From: a cyanobacterium endosymbiont of Rhopalodia gibba
GTDB lineage: Bacteria > Cyanobacteriota > Cyanobacteriia > Cyanobacteriales > Microcystaceae
Assembly: GCA_045159875.1 (NCBI GenBank)
Contig: CP067995.1
Location: 1,536,001 to 1,600,000, forward strand
Reading direction: 5' to 3'
Length of the DNA: 64,000 nucleotides
The position numbers and the translations under genes are program-made. Shown piece by piece: positions 59,885 to 64,000 of this stretch (position 1 is its first letter; every line of letters starts with the position of its first letter). Below the pieces are notes generated by a model. The model was not told where the DNA came from, made no database searches, and saw only the letters and a list, made by a program, of their open reading frames with translations.

Positions 59885-61036
59885 TGAGCTGTCTTTATCT
59901 CTTAACTATTTTTTTGAAACCATTGAAGTCCTGATTATTAGTAGTTGCTATAGAACAATTTAAAAACATTAAGAAAACTTTAAAATACAGTATCTACAGA
60001 CTCTCTAACTGTTCCAGAACTAGATAACATTTGTTTGAGTTAAGTTTTTACAACGGATTATCAATTCTCAATTTCATTTAAATCTGGAAAGTCAGGTGAA
60101 AGATACTATAGTTTGCATCTATATGTTTCTAGCATTTTCTTAAAAATTTCCTTTTGATAAAAAGTTACATTATGTAAGATAATGATATTTTCTAGTTCGA
60201 ATTAAAAAAATAAATATTGAGATACTTAGGACTTAAATAATTTTTTATTTTCCTGTACTTGGGACTTAAAAAATAAATACTTTTCTGTCTTTCAAGAGAC
60301 TAATCTAAATAGCTTTTTATTTTCTTATTTAGGTATTTAATCATGTAAACAGTTTCCTATTATATTAAATCTAATCGAATCTAGATGTTTCCTTCCGTTT
60401 TTAGCAATTGATTCTAGTTTTTTCTAAATCCTTGTACGTATAATTTATATTCTGCTGAATGATATTGTTATCCTAAAATGGAGAGATCATTATTTAAGTC
60501 CTATTATTATTTCGTTTAACAAAAAACCTGAAATTCTGTTTGTCTCTAATTTTATTAGGTCTTCTTTATTCATGAGTAATTTTTAATGTTTCTATTCTTA
60601 TCAAGAAGAAACTTAAAGGACTTTAAGCATAAAAATCTTAAATTTATGTATTTTTTTTATGCTATGATTATTTTTGAGCATAGATATTGCCTATAAGGTG
60701 TCAGCATAACTAATAGTGCTTACTTAACTATTTACTGACTTGTTTTATAATTACAAAACTATTATAATATTTTTGCGTCGTGCTATGATTTATCCACCGG
60801 GCAATGAACTCTTCAAAAAAAAACTTAACAATCGAAAAGATAGTAAACTTAATTTATCAACTATCCAGTATTTAAAAGAGAGCATTAATTCCTCTAGCAA
60901 ACAATTTAAAAATACTTTATTTTGAATGCGAGTGATGAAGTATAAATCTAAATTTACCTTGAGGGCTTTTTTGAAGAGTGGTAATTACTGAAATGATTTT
61001 AATTTTAAATGTTCTTGGTAGCTACCGAACTAATAT

Positions 61037-61086
61037 TTATCTAAATAATTTAGCAAAAGATATCTTTTGCTAAATTATTTAGATAA
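61037..61086. repeat. Perfect 50-bp palindrome
   Basis: TTATCTAAATAATTTAGCAAAAGAT|ATCTTTTGCTAAATTATTTAGATAA. Confidence 0.95.
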
Positions 61087-61107
61087 CTTTGATGTTTTTT
61101 TATAAAA

Positions 61108-61142
61108 ATTAGTAAATATTTGTCGCACAAATATTTACTAAT
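61108..61142. repeat. Palindrome, 16-bp arms
   Basis: ATTAGTAAATATTTGT-cgc-ACAAATATTTACTAAT. Confidence 0.9.
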
Positions 61143-61370
61143 AAAATAAGTCATAAATTTTGGGTTTAATTAATAAATTGATCTTATATTTATAAGGATA
61201 AAAATTGTAGCTGAAGACGCGGAAACTGAATTAGAATTAAACTAACTAAAATAGCTAAGTTCTAAAGATTATTAGAGTTATATATTTATAAAACTCTTAG
61301 CAACAAATTATGTAGGCACTTTACTAAAAAATCTTCTACATTGACGTGTGTTAAAGTGAGCTGTTTTTTA

Positions 61371-61401
61371 CGAGTAAGGTGGGAAATACCCACCTTACTC
61401 G
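61371..61401. terminator. REP-like hairpin abutting the SH3 gene stop codon
   Basis: CGAGTAAGGTGGG-aaata-CCCACCTTACTCG. Confidence 0.65.
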
Positions 61402-61917
61402 TTATTCTACTTTTTGGACATTGCCCGCTTTAACCCAACCTTCTTGGCCATTGCCGGAAAGACGAACATTTTGCCAGTCTCCATCGAGACTCGTCTTTAA
61501 AATAATCACTTCATCTTTGTAATCAAGACCCCCGATCCTTTGAGCATCTTCGCCAGGTTCGGCCCGTAAACTTAATCCATTAGGCCAAATAACAGAGGCT
61601 TTATAAGCCCCGGACGGCAAATCCTTTTCTTTTTCTTCTTTTTCTTCCTCAATTTCGGGAGAAGATTGAGTTTGTTGAGCAGCTATTTTTTCTTGAGATT
61701 TTTCTTCAGATTTTTTAGCCTTTTGTTGGACGTTAGACTCAAGGTTAGACGCCTCTACAGCTTTTTCTTCTTTTTCTTCGACGAAAGTAGGTTTTGGAGG
61801 CAAGGTATTTAAACGATAAAACACTACATAAGCCAAAGCTGTAGTCCCGCTAACAAGTAGAAGAATCCCTACAAAGAATCCTAAAATAAATTGTAAAAAG
61901 ACAGAGAAATATTTCAT
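61402..61917 (-). CDS. Membrane-anchored SH3b domain protein
   Basis: N-terminal TM, charged linker, WPNGLSLRAEP..RIGG..W..V..EGWVKAGNV; ATG at 61917. Confidence 0.85.
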   Translation of the reverse strand: MKYFSVFLQFILGFFVGILLLVSGTTALAYVVFYRLNTLPPKPTFVEEKEEKAVEASNLESNVQQKAKKSEEKSQEKIAAQQTQSSPEIEEEKEEKEKDLPSGAYKASVIWPNGLSLRAEPGEDAQRIGGLDYKDEVIILKTSLDGDWQNVRLSGNGQEGWVKAGNVQKVE

Positions 61918-62014
61918 AATTGTTTCAAAATTAAACTTTAAAACTTGACATAAATAAGACAGTAACTCCAAATCCCGAACTAAGTTGATCGTAAATGATA
62001 TTACAGTAAACGAC

Positions 62015-63360
62015 TTATGCCGGAAGCTGGACTAGCTTACTCTGCAGCAGCCTGGTCTTCAACAAACTTGATTTGTTTTTAGGCAGTTCTTGTCAAAAAA
62101 ATAATTTGACTGGCAAGTCTCTAAGATACGCTCAGAGATAAAACCCTGGTTTTGGACAAAGCCAATGTACATTGCCTCAATCAAAGTTCATTCTACTTCT
62201 GTCCTAGGAAAATCAGGTGTTTCATAGGCTAACTGCTTGATCTTGTAGTTTTTCAAGTTATGAGGTTAGAGTCTAGATGGAGAGACGTTAAAAATAGTTT
62301 CACGTTCCTCTTGTATAGGCAAACTCACAAAAAAAATTTCATCAAAGGAGTTTTTGCAAAACATTTTAGGGGGTAAAGCTGAACATTATTAGCCATCGCC
62401 ACTACAAACATTGGAAACCATTTTTCCGCTAACCAGGTGATAAGAATTTCAAAAAACCGACTGGTAGTTCTGTTATCTTCTTTACTATCGACTCCTCAAA
62501 CTCTTGATTAATTTCATAAATCCACAATACGCAAGGACTAGGACTTCTACAAGATTAATCATTTGACGGGTATGAAAATTCTGATTTTTCTATTAATTAT
62601 CCAAATAACCGCTCTATATTCAGACGTAACGGAGATCAATTCAAGTGTATGAAATATAGCTCTCACGCTGAGAGATTTTCAGTTTCTTATATTCTTACTA
62701 AGAGTAAACTCTAGAAATAGAGTAGTCTATAGCCTACTCTATTTCTGATTACATGTCTTTCCTTACTTTAATAACTAGTCTTTAAAGCTGTCTAAATTAC
62801 CTACTATTATAAATTTGTTCAGTGATAAGATATAAAGTTTAGAATCTAGATCTGATAGATTAATTTTTAACAGATTAATTGAAGTCTCTCTTCAAAAATA
62901 AGTTTTAAGTTTTTAGGTTCAAGTCTATCGTGACTAGTGACTTAATAGCTTAAGACATTACTAATACGTTTTAACGAAAGTTCTTAGAAAAAATAAACTA
63001 ACTCATCTAAGAGTCTATCGGGTAAGGATTGCCCAGTGGAAGTTGGTAAATATTTTGCCCTAGTTTCAATGTCACTGGTTATGAGAAGGAGAAAGCTAAC
63101 TAATCCTGAAATAATTTGTCGATAAATTCTAAGACTTACAAAGGAAGCCGTCCACGAAGTTCCAAATTAAAACATATGTGGAATAATGCCTCAAGGGTTG
63201 AACATATTGGGTAGATTGTCCGTTTAACTTGTCCCTAATTTAGAGATTTCAATTATAAATTAAAGACAAGTTATTAATAATACTTGAAATTCTTCATTAA
63301 AAGATATTTTTAGTGATTAGTGATCCATTATTTCGTTATTAGCTTATGTCTGAAGTTTAA
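62015..63360 (-). pseudogene. Ycf46-type AAA ATPase pseudogene
   Basis: PL*VLEFIDKL, GNLDSFKD*LL, LLLVRI*ETEKSL (eroded Walker A), SFDEIFFVSLP..EERETIF, PDFPRTEVE; upstream of the SH3 gene. Confidence 0.85.
62713..62746. repeat. Near-perfect 34-bp palindrome inside the AAA ATPase pseudogene
   Basis: AGAAATAGAGTAG-t-CTATAG-c-CTACTCTATTTCT. Confidence 0.88.
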
Positions 63361-63633
63361 CTATTTGTTGAAAATAAGTAAGTTTTTTCCTCAAAATTAA
63401 AGCTTAATGCTTTTATTGAAAATAAATTATTTTCAATAATCTGCTAGTTCTCCATCCTAGCTATTTTTTATTCCTTCATTTAAGATTGCTCTTGAAATAA
63501 TTAGAATTTTAAGCCTTAGACATTAATAAAGTTAAATTTAAAGCTATTAATTAATTGTTTTAACAGAGTCAATCCATTTAAGAATTAAATCAAGATAATT
63601 GGTCTTTTAAATTGCTGTATTTTAAGGACAGGT

Positions 63634-63678
63634 TTAATGATACTATATATAATAGTCAATTATATATAGTATCATTAA
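63634..63678. repeat. Palindrome, 20-bp arms, 5-nt loop
   Basis: TTAATGATACTATATATAAT-agtca-ATTATATATAGTATCATTAA. Confidence 0.92.
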
Positions 63679-63688
63679 CTAAAAAAAA

Positions 63689-63728
63689 TATTCTAAACCC
63701 TAATTTATATAAATTAGGGTTTAGAATA
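63689..63728. repeat. Perfect 40-bp palindrome
   Basis: TATTCTAAACCCTAATTTAT|ATAAATTAGGGTTTAGAATA. Confidence 0.93.
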
Positions 63729-64000
63729 AAAAACCTTATTATTGGCTTGACAGATAATAAGGTTGCTTAATTTTTTTTCTATTTTTACCACCCAAGTTTG
63801 ATTATATATGATCCATAAACTTTGATTATTTAGTTTTTTTATAGAAAAATTTGCTCATAATTGTAGTTAATATTTTATAGATTTTATTTCTAAGTCAAGT
63901 TCACAACTATGGAGAATACTATAGATAGTTAATCCTCAGTTCATGTCAGCTATTTTAAAAGAATTAAAATTCACATTAATTAGGCAAGATTAAAAAAAAT

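Overview
AT-rich cyanobacterial DNA (Cyanothece/Crocosphaera-like protein sequences) from a genome undergoing reductive decay. I count 29 intact CDSs covering about 45% of the window, plus tRNA-Pro(UGG) and RNase P RNA. The intact genes include rsmD, hisH, ubiH-like, ycf52, two tic22, prmC, ArnT/PAP2, hemH, ctpC, ftsQ-ftsZ, rsmB, mfd, rpsP, ndhD1, an ECF transporter, a Rieske oxygenase and arsS. The gaps hold eroded pseudogenes: corA, desB, glcF, ycf46-type AAA ATPase, two methyltransferases, GumC/Wzc, a pentapeptide repeat protein and an M28 peptidase. This pattern best fits a non-photosynthetic endosymbiont such as the spheroid body of a rhopalodiacean diatom (inference). Two observations stand out. 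(1) Ferrochelatase lost its chlorophyll-binding CAB tail through a visible ~205-bp out-of-frame tandem duplication, and the decayed second copy still carries the start of the lost tail. (2) The decaying DNA contains about 20 unique, perfect or near-perfect palindromes of 26-66 bp. At least three appear to have been written in place over former coding sequence without changing its length, suggesting template-directed palindrome perfection or selection for new hairpins. No CRISPR array, intact mobile element or defence system was found. Homolog consensus sequences quoted below are recalled from memory and need database confirmation, and pseudogene boundaries are approximate.
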